From a bacterium (GTDB taxonomy: Bacteria; Elusimicrobiota; JBDRMW01; JBDROU01): DNA of 64,000 nucleotides. This document shows, one piece after another, positions 26,601 through 41,600 of this stretch (its first letter is position 1; each line of letters begins with the position of its first letter). The stretch spans positions 1,163-65,162 of the forward strand of contig JBDROU010000079.1 in NCBI GenBank assembly GCA_043809745.1. The letters run 5' to 3'. The notes beneath the pieces are model-generated. The model worked only from the letters and a program-made list of their open reading frames with translations. It made no database searches and was not told the DNA's origin. The position numbers were made by a program, and so were the translations under genes.

Positions 26601-29600
26601 GAAGAACGCTTTGCGGGCCGTTTAGACAGCGCGCTGACGATTAATGCCAAACTGGCTGAAACCAAATTTATATTCCCTTACGATACAAAGGCTCTTAATG
26701 TGCTCTATATACTGGGCAACCTTCCTTCATATGTTGATACTCAGGCAGAGGCGGTGAAGTTTGCCGCTACGGTTCAGAAGAATGTTGAGCGTATAAACTT
26801 TTCGGTGTTAAGCGATGTTTATGAGCGAGCGGATAAGACTCATTCATCCGCGCTGAAGTTTGCCGCTATGGGTATCAATTCGGATGAAAAATTCACCGAG
26901 CTGTTAACCGGCATACACAGCAACCTTATAACGATCAGCACGCTCTCAACCCCGCTTTTCGGAGCTACCGTAAAGGAGCAGCTGGATGCGGCGGAATACT
27001 TTGCGTTCAATGAAGTAACCGGCAGATCCTTCGCGCTTGCCTTAGCGGTAAGCGTTAACAAGAAATCGGAACTTCTGGAAGCCGCAGGTGTAAAAACGCT
27101 CACGCCGCATGCGGCGCTGTGGCTTGCTCTGAAGGGAATCAAGGAGGCGAAAAATAAAGCCCTGGAATTCAACAAGGATTACCTTAAAGAGCGCATCGGG
27201 TCAGGAGCGGCCTTAATGCAGAATCTGGAAAAGGGCGGTTTTGTGTTTGATGTTGAGGGCATAGAACGGACCCTTCTTTCGCTTTCATTATTGGGCTCTC
27301 TTGATGAGAATAAAACCGGTGCTTACGCAACTTCAGCGGTCATGAACCTTAACAACATACAGTCCTGGAGCATAAAATCTAAACTCAGGTTAAACCGTGA
27401 ACTTACCCAGTGGCTGGCATTGACATTCACCAATCAAAACATAACAAAACAGAGTTTATCCCAGAAGCTTGCGGAAGTTGTGCTGGGCGCAAACTTTGAG
27501 ACAGCCAACCGGGAGCTGATATTGGGGGTCGGTCTTAAAGAGAAACTCTACGCCTCGATGATATTGAGTTTTAACGATCTGAAGGGCGGCAAACTAGAAG
27601 AAGCAATCAAAGCCTGGAAATCCGAAACTAACCGCAACCAGATACTGGCATCGCTTAAAGGAATAGAGCTTGATGCGCTTCCGGGAATAATAATAGCATC
27701 CCGTGGAGTAATAACAAGCGGTAAGGGTAAAAACGAAACCTTCAAATTCAGTCCGAAACAGTTTGCGCTGGTTATCACGGCCACAGAAAAGATGATCGGT
27801 TTAACGGATGCGTTTAAGCGGGATGTTCAGGGCATAATAGATGTAAGCGGTATTGTGGTAGATATTCTGGATAAGGCTCCTAAGAATAAAGAAAAGGTTT
27901 TGGCGCTCTTTTTGAAACGGTTTGAAGGTGCTCTCGGCGTAAAGAGCGAGTTAAACGGAATAACATTCAAAAATAAACGCGAGAAATTTATTACCGCGGT
28001 GAATATCGCGCTTAATCAGGTGTTTATTGACAAGGACGGCGGCCTGAAGCTGACATTCCTTAACCGCTGTGTCAACCTTGTAAAAACAGTAAATACCGAA
28101 AGAATCTTAAATCTTAAGCAAGGCGCGTTAAGTTTTGTAGAAGAGCTTAACTATATACTTTCCGCGCTGGCTCTGGACGCAACAATCAACAATCAGCAGG
28201 TTGAAACCGTGCTGAAAAATCTGGTTAAGTTTGCTTACGATAAAAAAACAAAAGGATTTTTTGCGAATCTAAAAACAAAGTCAGGTGAAGCTGTGGATCT
28301 GCTGGACATAATGAACTATGCGAACAGTATAGCTCAGGCAGGCGGCTTCAAATGGCACGAGATTGATAATGTATCAATAGCCCAGTTCGATGCCGGCTCA
28401 AAAACAAAAGTGAAAGACATAAGCCAGATTATAGCTGTAAAAGTTTCTATAGGCGAGAAGCAAATTACGGTGCCGGTATTTAAGACAGCCAAAGGCGAAA
28501 TAAACATACTTAAAGAAGTTTCCATTGATTCTCCGCCGGTGGGCAAGCCGGCAGATGCGCTGATTACAGCGGAAGCTAACAATGTAGATCTGGGAGCCGG
28601 TGAGTATGAGGAGCTTCGTTATAGTGACGGCCAAGCAGATGGATCAGGAGTGGTGCAATCAATCGAGGAGATAGGCGAAAAAATTGAGTCTGCCATCAGG
28701 GCGCTTACTGAAGAAGCATCTCCGCATGTAACAGGAGAACAAACACCCGCGGTGAAACCAGCGGCATTTGAGGAGGATAACACTGGTATTGTGCATGCGG
28801 TATATAGCTGGTATGTATACACCGACAATCAGGGCCGCGAACACACAGTCCCTGCGGGAGATTTCGCAAAATACCTGAGATCGCTTCCTGGGATCCCTGA
28901 TGAAAACACAAGCCTTCCTTATATAAGCCAGATTAAATCAACACTGCCTGCAGAGAGCGCTGCGTTGCCGGAACTGCCAAAAATAAGCCTTACCATGCTT
29001 ATGCAGAAACTTACAGAGGCCGGGCTTAAGGATCAGAATGCTATTAACGGCATTATTGGCAATTATTCATTTATAAAAGACCGGGAAGCTGTATTCGGCA
29101 ACGATTCAGGGGAGCTTATCAGGCAGGCATACAAACTTTATTCTTTCGGCATAACACCGGAACGGAGTTTGAGGAAGTTATTTGATATCACGCTTAAGGA
29201 AGGCGGTTTTATCCGTGAAAAAGCTTCAATAGCTTTGAAAACCGGCGCGGATATGCTGATAGCCGCGAATTTCGGCATGGAAAAGGACGGATTCAGCCGC
29301 GATCTTTTTGAAAAGCTAAGCATTGTGGCGGGCACATTGCAAACAAAAATCAAGTACAAGCTTGATGACGGATTCGCAGCATACAAATTCGCTGATACGA
29401 TAGCCGCAAATCTTAAAGATCCCGGGATGCTGAACAAATTCGTTGACGGTGTATCTTCAAATTACGAGATTATAAACTCGCTCAAAGGCGTTTCGTTTAA
29501 GCCGGGAGAAGTTGAAATTCTTTCAATTATATTCGCAAGATCTAAGATTGCGAGCAAAGAGGTTGCGGCGGAACTCGCGCGCAATTATGCGATACTTGGT

Positions 29601-32600
29601 GCAAACATAAAGACTTATAAGACCAGAACAGACCAGCTTAAAGACTCGCTGAAACTGCTTCAAACCGGCATATACGGCGAAGCGTTGGAGGTGGGAGCTG
29701 CTGTATGGGCAAGCATGAGAGATACTGTTACTAAAAACGCGTATGTTGATATAAAGGATAATGTTACGGGAATCACCGCGGTTGCCTCATGTTTGGTGAG
29801 CGACAAGAAAGGCAATCTTATATTCAGTGAATCCTTATTCAAAAAAGCCAATGAACAGTTAAAATCACTCTCAGCGCTCGGGTTCGATTTCGGCCCGGAG
29901 CCTGATGCCGGATACCGCATGCTGATGACTGCAGGTAAGACACTTAAAACAGATCTGGCGCTTATAGGTGCTTTGATAAAAATTAAAGATAATTTTAAGA
30001 CAATTAAAGATATTGGTCAGGGCAAGTTTGAGGCTCAGGAAGCCGAATCGATCGCGGCGTGGCTGGTTTACGATACTCCTGAAGATGTTCGAACTTATAC
30101 AGAAGATTATCTGGTAATCAAGCAGGATAAAGAAGCCGGTAAAACCGCCGCTCAGAGGCTTTTGACATTGAAGATGTTAAGAAATCCGGGTTTGCCGTTA
30201 TCCGGTAAAAAACTTGCCGCGGCCAGAAGCGCGATGATAGAAAAGGGTGATACAGTTGGTAATATTATCGGTGTTAAGCTTGAAACCTATATAGAGAAAC
30301 TTCAGGGAGCTTCTCTCGGGTTGGTCTTGAACAAGCAGGGGGAATACGAGTTCAGCAAATCAAAGCTGACAGAGTTAACCGCTATAATAGGCGAATTAAA
30401 GGACAGCAAATTCAACTTTAATATTGAACATAAGCTAGCGGGATTTATTGTATATGAACAATGGGCTCAACAGCTGGGCAGCTATGATGCAGCACGGGGA
30501 TATTTGAAAGGTGTCAAGGATATGTTCGCTCTCGTGAAAAGCGGAAGCAAGACGGCATACAATCCCGGCGAGGCTGAAGTTATTGCCATGATGCTCGGTC
30601 AGGCGAAGGTCAGCAAAGAAGACGCGGTTTCATTGCTTAAGCTTTACGACGTACTGAGAGATACAAAAGAGCACGGCAGTACCGCGGAAGCCAGGCTCAT
30701 TTTTGCTCAGAAGATGCACAACAGCGGCATCACAGAGAAAGGGTTCAGCGCGCTGATTGCCGATATCGGTTCACAAAAAGACATGATAGCTAAAGTCATG
30801 GGAGAGATGGTTGATCCCAAAGATCTGCTGGTTATCGCATTCTGCGGTTTGAAAGAAAAAGAGCCGGGAGTATTCAAACTGGATGAAGCTCAATTCAAGA
30901 ATATAGGAAACATCGTGGTGCAGTTGAAAGCGCTCGGTTTCAGGTTTGCAGGCGATGACAGTTCGCTGGTTGCCGGATTTACTTTTGCGAACAGGCTGAT
31001 ACATTCGATGAACAGCGCTGATAAAGCGGCAAAATATCTGGACAGCGTATATGCTGTATTCAGAGAGATTTCATTAATCGGTGCAAAGTCTTTCGAAAAC
31101 GGTGAGGCTGAGGAAATCGCTTTGACGCTTGCGCAAAACGATATTGCGGAGCAAAAAGCGGTAGAAAATACATTGATTAATTACCTAATTATTAAAGACA
31201 AGCAGGAGTTCGGCGCAACGCTTACAGAGCGGCTTTCAAGCGCGCATACATTTTACAAGAAAAACATAAACGGAGCCGAGCTTAAAGCCGGGATAGAAGC
31301 CTGGATAGAACATAGGCAGTTTATCAAGGATAACGCCGGGTTTGAGATTAAGAACTCGATTGTCGGAGTTATAGCGGCTAAGGAAGGCATGACTGAAAGC
31401 AAATCCGGGGAATGGAAATTTTCCGAAGACACATTCCTCTCTAATTTGAAACTAATCGAACCGGTCGCGGAAGAAACGCTTGAACGCAAAATACTTGAAC
31501 AAGCCGGTATTTTAAGAGACATGCTGAAAGAAAAGGGCATCACAGGATTAGGGCTTCGTGAGACAATCTCATTGATGCAGGACGGTGAGGTTAAAGGCGC
31601 GGCGCTGACGCCGGAGCAGATCCAGCAGAAAATTATGTCGATGCGCCGGGTTGCCGAAAGCAATCAGATGAAAGCTCTAACCCAAACAGCCACAGCGGGG
31701 ATGAGCGAAGAAAAAGCTGCTATCTTCCGGATGGATATAGTAAGGAATATGAAGGTAGATTGGCTTAAGGTATCGGACTCGGATATAAAATTGAAGAGAA
31801 TCAGCTACGGCGGCGCCAAACTATACCTGGCAGAGATAACGCTTACCGTAGACAACAAAGAGTTTGTGGTGAACCGTGTTGCTGCAGGCGACAAAATTAT
31901 AACGGTTGATCTGGACGGCAAAAGACTCTCGGAGATATTCAGCACAGTAGAATTCGCCACTGCCTACAGTGATATATTAAATACGCTGACCGAATACATA
32001 AACGCCGATCAGGATATTGAGTCAATAAGGCTTGCCGGCGGCAGGGTAATCAGCCGTGGCGATATAAGTGTGAATGCCTTTGAACTTGCACTGCAGAAAG
32101 TAATCAGCGGTAAAGCGGAGCTTAAGCAATCGGTTTATTTATACAAGATGAAGGACGACGCTGACAAGAGTTCGCACCAGAGCATGAGGATTTTCTATAC
32201 CTCCGATTCCGAAAAGAAATCAAATGAAACCTGCACCGTAACATTCAGGTTCGATGCGGACGGAAATCTTATAAACTCCGAACCCGAGATAAGAAGCAGC
32301 GAGTCCAGGTCGCCTCCGTTTGTTGCGGCTCTCAAAAAAGCGGTAGAGCAGTTAAAGAACAACGAGAATGCCTCTATAAACAAGAAATCCTTTAAGATAA
32401 TCCTTGCTAAGATGGAAGGGCCTAAAGAGAAAATCCCGGTGATGTTTAGTATTAAGAACGGCAAGAGAATGCTGTTTATGCTGGACCGCGGTGTAGAACT
32501 TCCGGGAGTAATGGTATATGAAGAGGCAGCAGCAAAGAGCAAAACAGGAAAGACGATAACGTATCTCCAGCAGATATTCGGTATGGATAAGAATAATCTT

Positions 32601-35600
32601 ATTGAATTTAAGAACGACACGCTTATCGTTTCCAAGCTTGATGAAAACGGTAAAGCGCAGATATACTCCTCAACGAAGGTAAAGCGGGATGCTTCAGGGT
32701 TGATTACCCATGTTGCCGTAGAGTATTCCGAAGCTGGGATATATATGATCGGTAAAGATATGCATCCGATTGCCGTTAAAACTATTGAATGGGATCTTAC
32801 GGGTAAATCGCCGACTCTAAAGATAAACGGTTCTAAAGTTGAGGGCGCGGGTAAAGATTCATTTTCAAGTATGCTGAGAATGTTTGGTAAACGAGCTGAA
32901 TTTTATGAGATAGGCAGCGGAATGGTAAACGGAGTAATGGATAAAGATGAAACAAAGGTTCAATTCGGTTTTATCAATGATGTTAACGGAGGCCAGTTTG
33001 ATGCTGTAATTTTCGATAAATCGGGCATGAGTTTAACAAGGTCTTTTGATCCGCTGGGCAGTGAGTTAGCCAAAAAGGTGTTGAAAGACAGTTCGGGTAC
33101 AAAACATACGCTGAGTTTCTTTGACATAAATAATCCGGTATCAGAGATCGGTTTGAGGATTATGAAAGCTGCGGACAGGTTTTGCGATAATGAGTTTAGT
33201 GAATATGATGAAGCTGAAATGCCGATTTCCAGTGAATTCATGCAAGCCATAGACCGACAGCAGCAGTACCTGAAAGAATCGCTTGATTCAATGTTCGATG
33301 AAAATGCCGCATCCAGTGAAGCTGCATTTTCCAAGCTCTTGATTTGCGCGAAACTTCAATCCGTATTGGATGTGCTGGGGCAGAAAGAAACTGTTGAGGG
33401 GCTTGCTTCAATCACAAACAAGGACGGCAGGTTCTACCCGCTTGCGCTGGTTGATCATTACGAGAAGCTGATCAACAAAGACAATCTTAAAAAACTTACA
33501 AGCAGCACCGTTGCGGGCTTGGATGCGTTAAGGGCAGGCTACAGCCTAAAGCAGGAATCAAAGAACCATAAGGAGTTCTCAGCAGGGGCGAACCGTTTAG
33601 AGAAGGATATAGAGAACTATATTGAGCTTATACCGGGCTGGATGAAAAGCAAGAATCCCGAGATTACCGAAGAGATGGGTAAAATCAGTGAAAAGATATC
33701 TATGGGCGAGCTTGCCATATCCATGAAAGAAAAGGCGGTGAACCTTACCGCCAAAGAATGCGCTAAAGCGGGTATTTTAACAGTTTACAACGGATTTGCG
33801 GAGCTTGCCGAGAGAGGATATGCAAATTATGCGGCAGGCAAAGACGAAGCCGCATCTGTACAGCTGGGAGAAGCCAAGAAGTATTTCGCTGTGATAAATC
33901 TCTTTACCGGTTCACAGCAGTCGGTGGATAAAGAGAAAGCAAAGAATTTGGGCATAGACGCATTCCTGAGAATAACAGACGAGAAAGCCGAAGAAGCGAA
34001 AGCGCTTGCTCTTGCCGGCGATATAGCGGCCGCGTATCAACTGGCGGAGTATCTCAAGGGCAGATACGAGGTAGCTGCCAATATGCTTAAGAACAACGAT
34101 AACCAAAAGAAGCTGCCTAAAATGACCGATTTAGAACAAACCCTATTTAGGGAAAGCACCCGTGAAAACTATCACGCTTACGCTGCATATGTTTCGCTTA
34201 ACCGCGAGATCGCGGAAACCAGCTTGCACAAAGCGGGCGAGGATGTAAGGTTCCTTACCCAAATAGCAAGCATTAAAGACCAGAAAGCCAAAATAAACGA
34301 GAAGCTGGCTGAACTCAAAAAAGATAAAGCAAAGCACGATAAAAAAATTGAAGATCTGAATCAACAGATAAGGGAGCTTGAAGCCCAGGCCAATGTCCGA
34401 ACCCAGTCAGATCTGGCAATATTGGAGGGCAGTAAACGGGATTTCCGCACAGCTCCTCAGGAAAAGCTGAAAAAGGCTAAGAATATCGAAACCGAAATTA
34501 AAAATGAAGAAAGATACAGTAAGGAATGCGTGGAATCGATATCAGAGTGCGGAAAGGCAAAGATTGCCGCAGAAAATGCGGAAATACGCATAGCAGACGG
34601 CATGATCGATGAAGCGTCAGATTATTCCAGAAAAGCAACCGCCAGAATGCGGGTGGTGAGCATGATTGAAAAAGTAAAACGGTTTATCAGTAATAACAAA
34701 GTACCTAAGGAAGTTGTAGCCGGGTTGAAGCCTGAACAAATATTCGAGAAGTATTATGATGATGTTATAAGAATGGCGAATGAAGCGAAGTTTAATTACA
34801 TGCTGGCAAGTGAAAAATCATCCGATGAATATGAATATAAGAAGTACATGGAAAAAGCAGAAGGGTTCGACCAGGCCAGCGTAATAGCCGAGATAGTCGG
34901 CGACCACAGGAAAAATCTTGTAAAGAAAATCAAAAATACCGATCAGGTCAAGATAAATAGATATCAGGAAGAGCTGAAAGTGCTGGAGGCAAAATTAGCG
35001 GACATGAAAACCGTTCCTAAAAACGGCATACGCAGTTTATCCAAGAAGTTGTCATCCGATGATGAAAGAGTAACCTCAGCTAAAGAAAGTGCGCTGAAAC
35101 AACAGATTGAAGTTGTAAGAAGGAAAATTACCAATGAGAAAAATAATCCTTTGTACGGCCAGAACGGCAAGAGAAGTGAGACCAACAGAGCCTTCATGCT
35201 GCTGGGCGAGCAGTCACTTAAAAACGACGAACTGTACGAATGGGAGAAAGCGGCAAAGAATTCGGATATAGTGCCGGATCTGGAACAATCTGATTTCTTC
35301 AAGACAGCATTAACAAAGAGTTTCGAAGAAAACCAGGAATTAACAAAAGATTCCGCTTTATTGCGCGACGCTTTAACGCAGGAGTTTAACAGAATGCTTG
35401 CCAACCCGGCCGAAAACGGGCTTACAGAAAACGCTCAATCGCTCTTCAACGATCTTACGGAAGCAGTGGACAGAGGTACGGCGCTTCATATATTCAGCAG
35501 TGTTATCGGGTTTGCGGAAAAATTACGCGCAGGTACGAGTAATTGCGGTACGCGTGAGTTTTCAGCCAAAGAAGATCCTTTAGACAGCCTGACCCATGTG

Positions 35601-38600
35601 CTCTACAAATATATTTACGATAAAAATGATATTGGCAAGATAGTTGATCTGGTGGTTGATAAATCAGAAAGCAGGCTTAAAGGGTTCAGCATTCTCACCG
35701 CTGACGGGAAAAAGGCAAAAGCTGAAATCGTATATGAGAAAGATCAGCTGTCATACATACATTTCAGGAATGATGAAGAGATTTCTGCAATTATAAACGG
35801 TCAGAAAGTGGATAACCTATTCAGGGATTCTAAGGTGCGGTTTGTGAGCGGTTACAGCGCTCAGGCAGGTCAGATAAACGGCACGCTCTGGGAGGTTAAA
35901 GGCGCAGACGGCAAGTTAACTCTTATCCATCAGGGAGATGTGTTCAATGACAAGGAATATAATACGGATACCGGCGAAAAAACGCCGCAGATATTTCAAT
36001 TTACTGCCAAAGGTTCCCTGCAAGAAAACGGGGATATAGACTGGAGTTTGGGTAACAGTCAAACTGAAATAGATGCGGTGAGTTACTACGACAAGAAATG
36101 GAAAGTTGTTAAGGACTTAAGCAAGGCCGATAATAATCTTGTAAATAGAATCGCAGGAGAAAGAAAGTTAAAAGACATTGTAATTTACAATATAGTTGCC
36201 ATAGAACAGGAAGCTAAAATACAAGAAAAAGATAAAACCCAAGCACATGGTATTTATAAATCTAAAGGATTCGATTCAGACAAGATGCAAAAGCGGATAA
36301 AACAATTACGTGAATTTACATCTCCTAATGAAAGTAGGGTTGCCCAAATAATTGTAGGATTTGAATCTGAAAGTAAAGAACAGCAGAACGGCATGGTTGT
36401 TGCAGTAACACCGGTTATAACCATGCAGTGCAATGGCAGCGGGGAAGGCGAATTCCGTCAGATATACGAAAAAGACGGTGTTAAACAGGAGATGGTGGAT
36501 CCGGGCATGATCAACCGCGCTTGGTCATGGCTGGGAGATAAAATGGGCATGGAAACTACTGCCTGGGAACCGGTTCCTCAAAATGAAGGCGCTATGGCGG
36601 ACATATTGACCTGGTTCAAATTGGGTGTTGTTTGGGCTGTTGACGGCGGTGGAACAACCAGTAAATGGAAGCTGAATGAGTGGGACCGGATGATGCACAA
36701 GGAGCATTCGTTCGGATTTTTAGGTAAATGGACGGTTCCCCAGATAGCCTTCTGGACTGAAGTTGTAGTAACGGTAGCAACAATTGGCACGGGTGCGGTT
36801 GTCACAGGCTTGAGAAGGGGCTTTCTGTGGGCGCTTAGGACTGCGGGCGTAAAAAAGGCAGAGAAATCGATTTTATCGAGTTCGCTTGAATGGCTTGAAA
36901 CCCGTGAATTGGCACACAAACTTGCAGAACAAACAATTAAAAGCTGGGGTAAAGAGAATATAGCGAGTTTTACTGATGAATTTATCGCAAGGCATGCTAA
37001 AACGGTTGCACAACGAACTGCTATTAAAGGTCAGGAAGAAGTATTGGAAAAACTTCTAAAGAAAAGGTTGACAAAATGGGTTAAACGTCAGGCAGCAATC
37101 ATGTCATTGACCAGCGGCGGCGGCGGTGCTCTTGAGTCGGTGATGGGGTTTGCAAGAAACGGCATCAAGCCTAAACTGCTGAATCCGCTCCAGCAGGCAT
37201 GGGGTACCGCAAAGTTCATGGGTTATAAATTCAGCAGAGGCCTTATAGTAAAAGATTTCGCTCATTTTACCGCGACTTTTGCTATATACAACGCAGGGAT
37301 ATCGCTTATAGAACGCATGGCATACGGCGCCAGGTTTGATAAAGACAAGAACAGGGCTCTAACCCTGTTTGAACAGCTCGGAGCTGATGCCAAACTGGGT
37401 GTTGAACAGGCGCTAACTATGGGCCCGGTTCTCTTGCTCTTAGGCCCGTTTGTATCGCCATATGCATCGAAAATACTCTCATCAACATTGGAAAGAGTAG
37501 GCGCGAGTAAAGTAATAGGTATTAGTCGTGTTGCTAAAAGTATTTCCACAAGCGGTACGCTGGTATTCGGTGAAGAGGGGTTGCTCTCAACCTGGGGTAA
37601 GATGCTGGAAAGAAAAACAATAACAGCAGACATCGGGAAAATGCTTAGAGCAGTTGGAAAAGGGGCCGGTGATCACAGTCTGGCATCGGTTTCAACTTAC
37701 GAAGGTTTGTTCGGTTTTATGGAAATTACAGTTAGAGTTACCCAGAAAGCATTGGAAAAAGGACTGCATGTTAATGAATGGGCGGCAGAGATGATCTCGC
37801 TTTTTGTCAGCCCTCAGACTTTTAAGGGTATGGGCAATCCGATGAGCCTTAAAAATATCAGACAGCTCTCAGAGATCGGCAAACTTTCCGGTGAACAGCA
37901 GAGGGAGCTTCTGGTAGCCGCTAAAGAAGTAAAGATGATTTTCGAAAGTAATGACTGCAAAGTTATTGCCAGAGAGCTGGATTCGATGATAAGGAAAATA
38001 GATAAAGAGCTTGCTTCCGCTGAAATTAAGGAAGAGCCGGTGCTTTCGGAATCACAGAAAAAATCGATTGAAACATTAGCCCAGAACACCCCCAACAAGG
38101 AAATCGGCCTGACAGGTGAATTGGGGAGAGAAATAGCGTCTGTGTTGGTAAGTCCCCGTGCGGAAGGTGTAGTCCGCTTGCCTGTAAAACCGAAGTCGGA
38201 GGCTGTAACAGAGGGCGAAGCAGTTAAAGCTAAAGATGCAAAAGTCATCTCAATCTACAAGAAGGCCGGAGAAGCAGAAATAGCAGCCGAAAAGACAGCC
38301 GAAAAGACAGCTGAAAAGACAGCCGAACCGACAGCTGAACCAATAGTTGAGCAGACAGCTGAACAGGCAGCCGAATTAGCTGCTAAAATGCATGAAACTA
38401 CGGAAGCGCCATCAGGGGAAAAAGTGATTAAGTTAAGCCAGGATGTTCCCAGAAAACCTACACAGGGCGGTAAGAAAGCTGTAATAAGTTTAGAAGGAAG
38501 GGGCAGCAGGCCTGAGAGAGCAGAAACACCGCCGCAGGAGACGAAGGAAACATTAAAACAGGAATCTTCTGTACAACTTGAACCAGCTTTGGATGCTGAG

Positions 38601-41600
38601 CCTGTGCAGCCTAAACGCGGGGAAGTTGTAAAGCCCGAACAATTTAAGAGAACCGTTGAAGGGCAGACTGAATCACAAAAGGGTAAGCGGAGTACGGTAA
38701 GCGAAGTTAAGGATGTTTTGGAAAGTACTCTGACGGCTGAGCAGTCAGGCAAACCGGATGCTGACATTATACCTGAGGAAAGGCTTCAGAAAAAAAGGGA
38801 GCGAATAGCGGACCGTGAAGCAGAGAAGGAATCCAAAACGGCAGAACCCCATGAGATGGAAACACAAACAGATCGGGATCAGCAAGCGCATGAGTACAAG
38901 AAACAGCTGGATGAGGCATTAAACAAGGCAGAGGTTGCGGATTTCATAGAGAAGATGGGTCTCAAAAACAGCGTTACTGAAGGATTAAAACAAGATGCGT
39001 TCAAAACGGTGCAATCACTGGTAACTGTGCTGAATAACAGGATGATAACTGATCCCGCGCAGATGGATGCAAAAAATCTGAAAGATCTTGCAGAAGGTAT
39101 AAACCTGCTTTACCAGGCTGTTGCCCAGCTCAAAGGCGTCAACCCGGGTGAAGCCGCAGAGATGTTCCGTATGCTCTCTGAACGCACCAACGATCTTTTG
39201 AAATCTTTCGAGTCGCTTGCCAACAGTTTCCTTGGCAAATACAGCAAACAAGAATACAGGATATCGGATACAACGGAGCTTAAAAAGGAAGAAGCTGAAC
39301 TGGCGGAGATATTCCAGAAGCTTACCCAAATAACGCAGATCTCTCAATCAGGAGATATAAGCTACAGCGGCGCTGTAAAGAATAAGGTCGGAAAAACCTA
39401 TACTGATATAGTATTGAGCATTACCAGAGCCGAACAATCGGCACAGAGTATTTATAATGTTTCTTTGAGGCTGGAAATAGCCAAAACTGCCGCGCTGTCA
39501 GGCCTCGTACCTGAATTTATGCTCAAAAAAATAAGCAAAGGTGACGGGAAAGGAGTATCATTCAACATAAACAGTGAAATTGGTTTGGATGGGGAATTGA
39601 GACGTTACAAAAATGAAATTCTGGAGGAAGCCAGATGGATTGAAAATCTGGAACAATGGGCTGATGTTAAAGAGCCATTTCTTGCAGATTTACATAATAA
39701 AATTCAGATTATACTTGATTCTTTCGGTCAGCAGGGTCTTCTTTCTACCGGCAGGGCCCGCGAAATAATGGATATGCTTGACGCGTATTATAACGCTTAT
39801 GAAAAAGTATACTCAAACACGCCGCAGGATATGATCAAAGTTATTAAAAATGCTTTAGACAGCTATGATAAGGTTTTAGATATGGCAGTTGTTAGCAGAT
39901 TTACAGCACCGATAGCCAAAGAAGCAGCAGTAAAAGTAGACGGATTATTCAAACGCTTCAACGAGATTCTGAAAGATGGTAGAAATAATGTACAAACAGT
40001 TGAAGCTGAAGCTGTTTTGGATACGGCGCTTTCTGTTGTGACAAGATTCCGCAGCAGAGATATAAAAATGTCCAAGTTCGAGAATGTTGTCGAATTTTTG
40101 GATACACTTGTGAGCAACACAGAACATGTTGATTCTCTTATTGAAGGAGCAACTAGCGTCGAAGCCGCGAAACAGCTAGTGTCCATTGTGGCAAAAGTGC
40201 AGACAGCAGTACAGAATTTAAGCCCCGATAAAGTCGGCAAAAGAGTTGATACCTGGGTAAGAAGCATAGCAGAAAAGCTAAACTCCAATGATGCGCCGTT
40301 AACCAGCAAAATAGCGGCTCTTCTTATAATACCGGATAAAGCATCAATAGAAAAGCTTCTGCCTGAAATCCTTAAAGATACGAAACAAACAAGAGATTTA
40401 ATCGAACTTTTAAGTTCACCGGACACATTTGTAGAACAGTTAAAATGCCTGACTATTATAAGATTAGTTGAAAGAAGCGGTATTTCTGAAAGCCAGTTAT
40501 CTAGGTTATACAATAATATTAGTGGAGCTGAACGGTCAAAAGTAAACGAGAATGTTGCTCTTCTGAATGTAAAAATTGTTGTATTAAAATCCAATATTAA
40601 AGCCAGGATGGGAATTTCTCTGCATGATGCTATCACTTTCAAGGATGGCAGCATAATAATAACAAACACCAGAGGTGTTGAACATGTTATAGCCAATGAC
40701 AGCATTATGGGGCCTTGTCTGCTCGAAGCGCTTAAGCCGGAAGCTACGCTCTATGAGATACTTAGCAAACAATTTGGAGAAAAATTGGGAAAAATATTGG
40801 AAGAAATGGGCTTTACTACTCCGGAAGATATGGCATTGCTGGAAGCAACATCATTTGAAAGTGTAGTAAACGGCTCTGCAAATATCAAAAATGGTCGTAA
40901 CATAACAACAATAGAAGAAGCAGTTAAATTCATACAAGAAGGCATTAAGCAGAATAATGCTCAGATGTTTGTTGAAGGTAACGCGGCATTTAGCCGGCTG
41001 GTGCTGAATAATGAAGAATACGCGAAGAAATTCAAGAATTTGACGGATCGATGTCTTAAGGAAACCAACCTGGAATTTGAGATATTTAGCTTAATAGATC
41101 AGGTTGGTAAAGTATATCCGACATTGGCAAATAAGTTTGATTCTGCTGACGAAGCTTGGTTTAAGGCAAATATAATTGAACCAATAAATAGAGTGATAGA
41201 CAGCCTTAAGAAAGAAGAGAAATATTCTGAGATTAAAGAAGAACTTCAGCTTTTCGGCGATTCACTGCAAAAGATGATAAAGTTTCATTATGAGAATAGA
41301 GTTGGAGAAAATGAGATTAGGAATTTCCAAGAACTGCAAACAAATGCGGAGAATGTTTTAAAGGAAATAAATATCGCAGTGAATAATTTTGAAACAAGGC
41401 TAAAAACAAGCCGCTCTGCTCAAAATCCGGATGTTATTTTACTTAATGAACTCCTGAATTTTGCGGCAGACAGCGTAAAGGTTGCGGTTAATGGAATGCT
41501 TAAGGGCAATCTTGAAAATTCGAAGGCTCTCTTGGAAAAAGATGTAAAACTTTATGAATTGGCATTAGAAAAGAAAAAAATACCTAAGAAAACTATATCG

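Noticed and set aside
38275-38400. Short direct repeats considered as a possible CRISPR array
   Set aside because: 12-nt units with no spacers, in-frame within a coding region. This is a microsatellite, not CRISPR. No repeat-spacer array was seen anywhere in the window.
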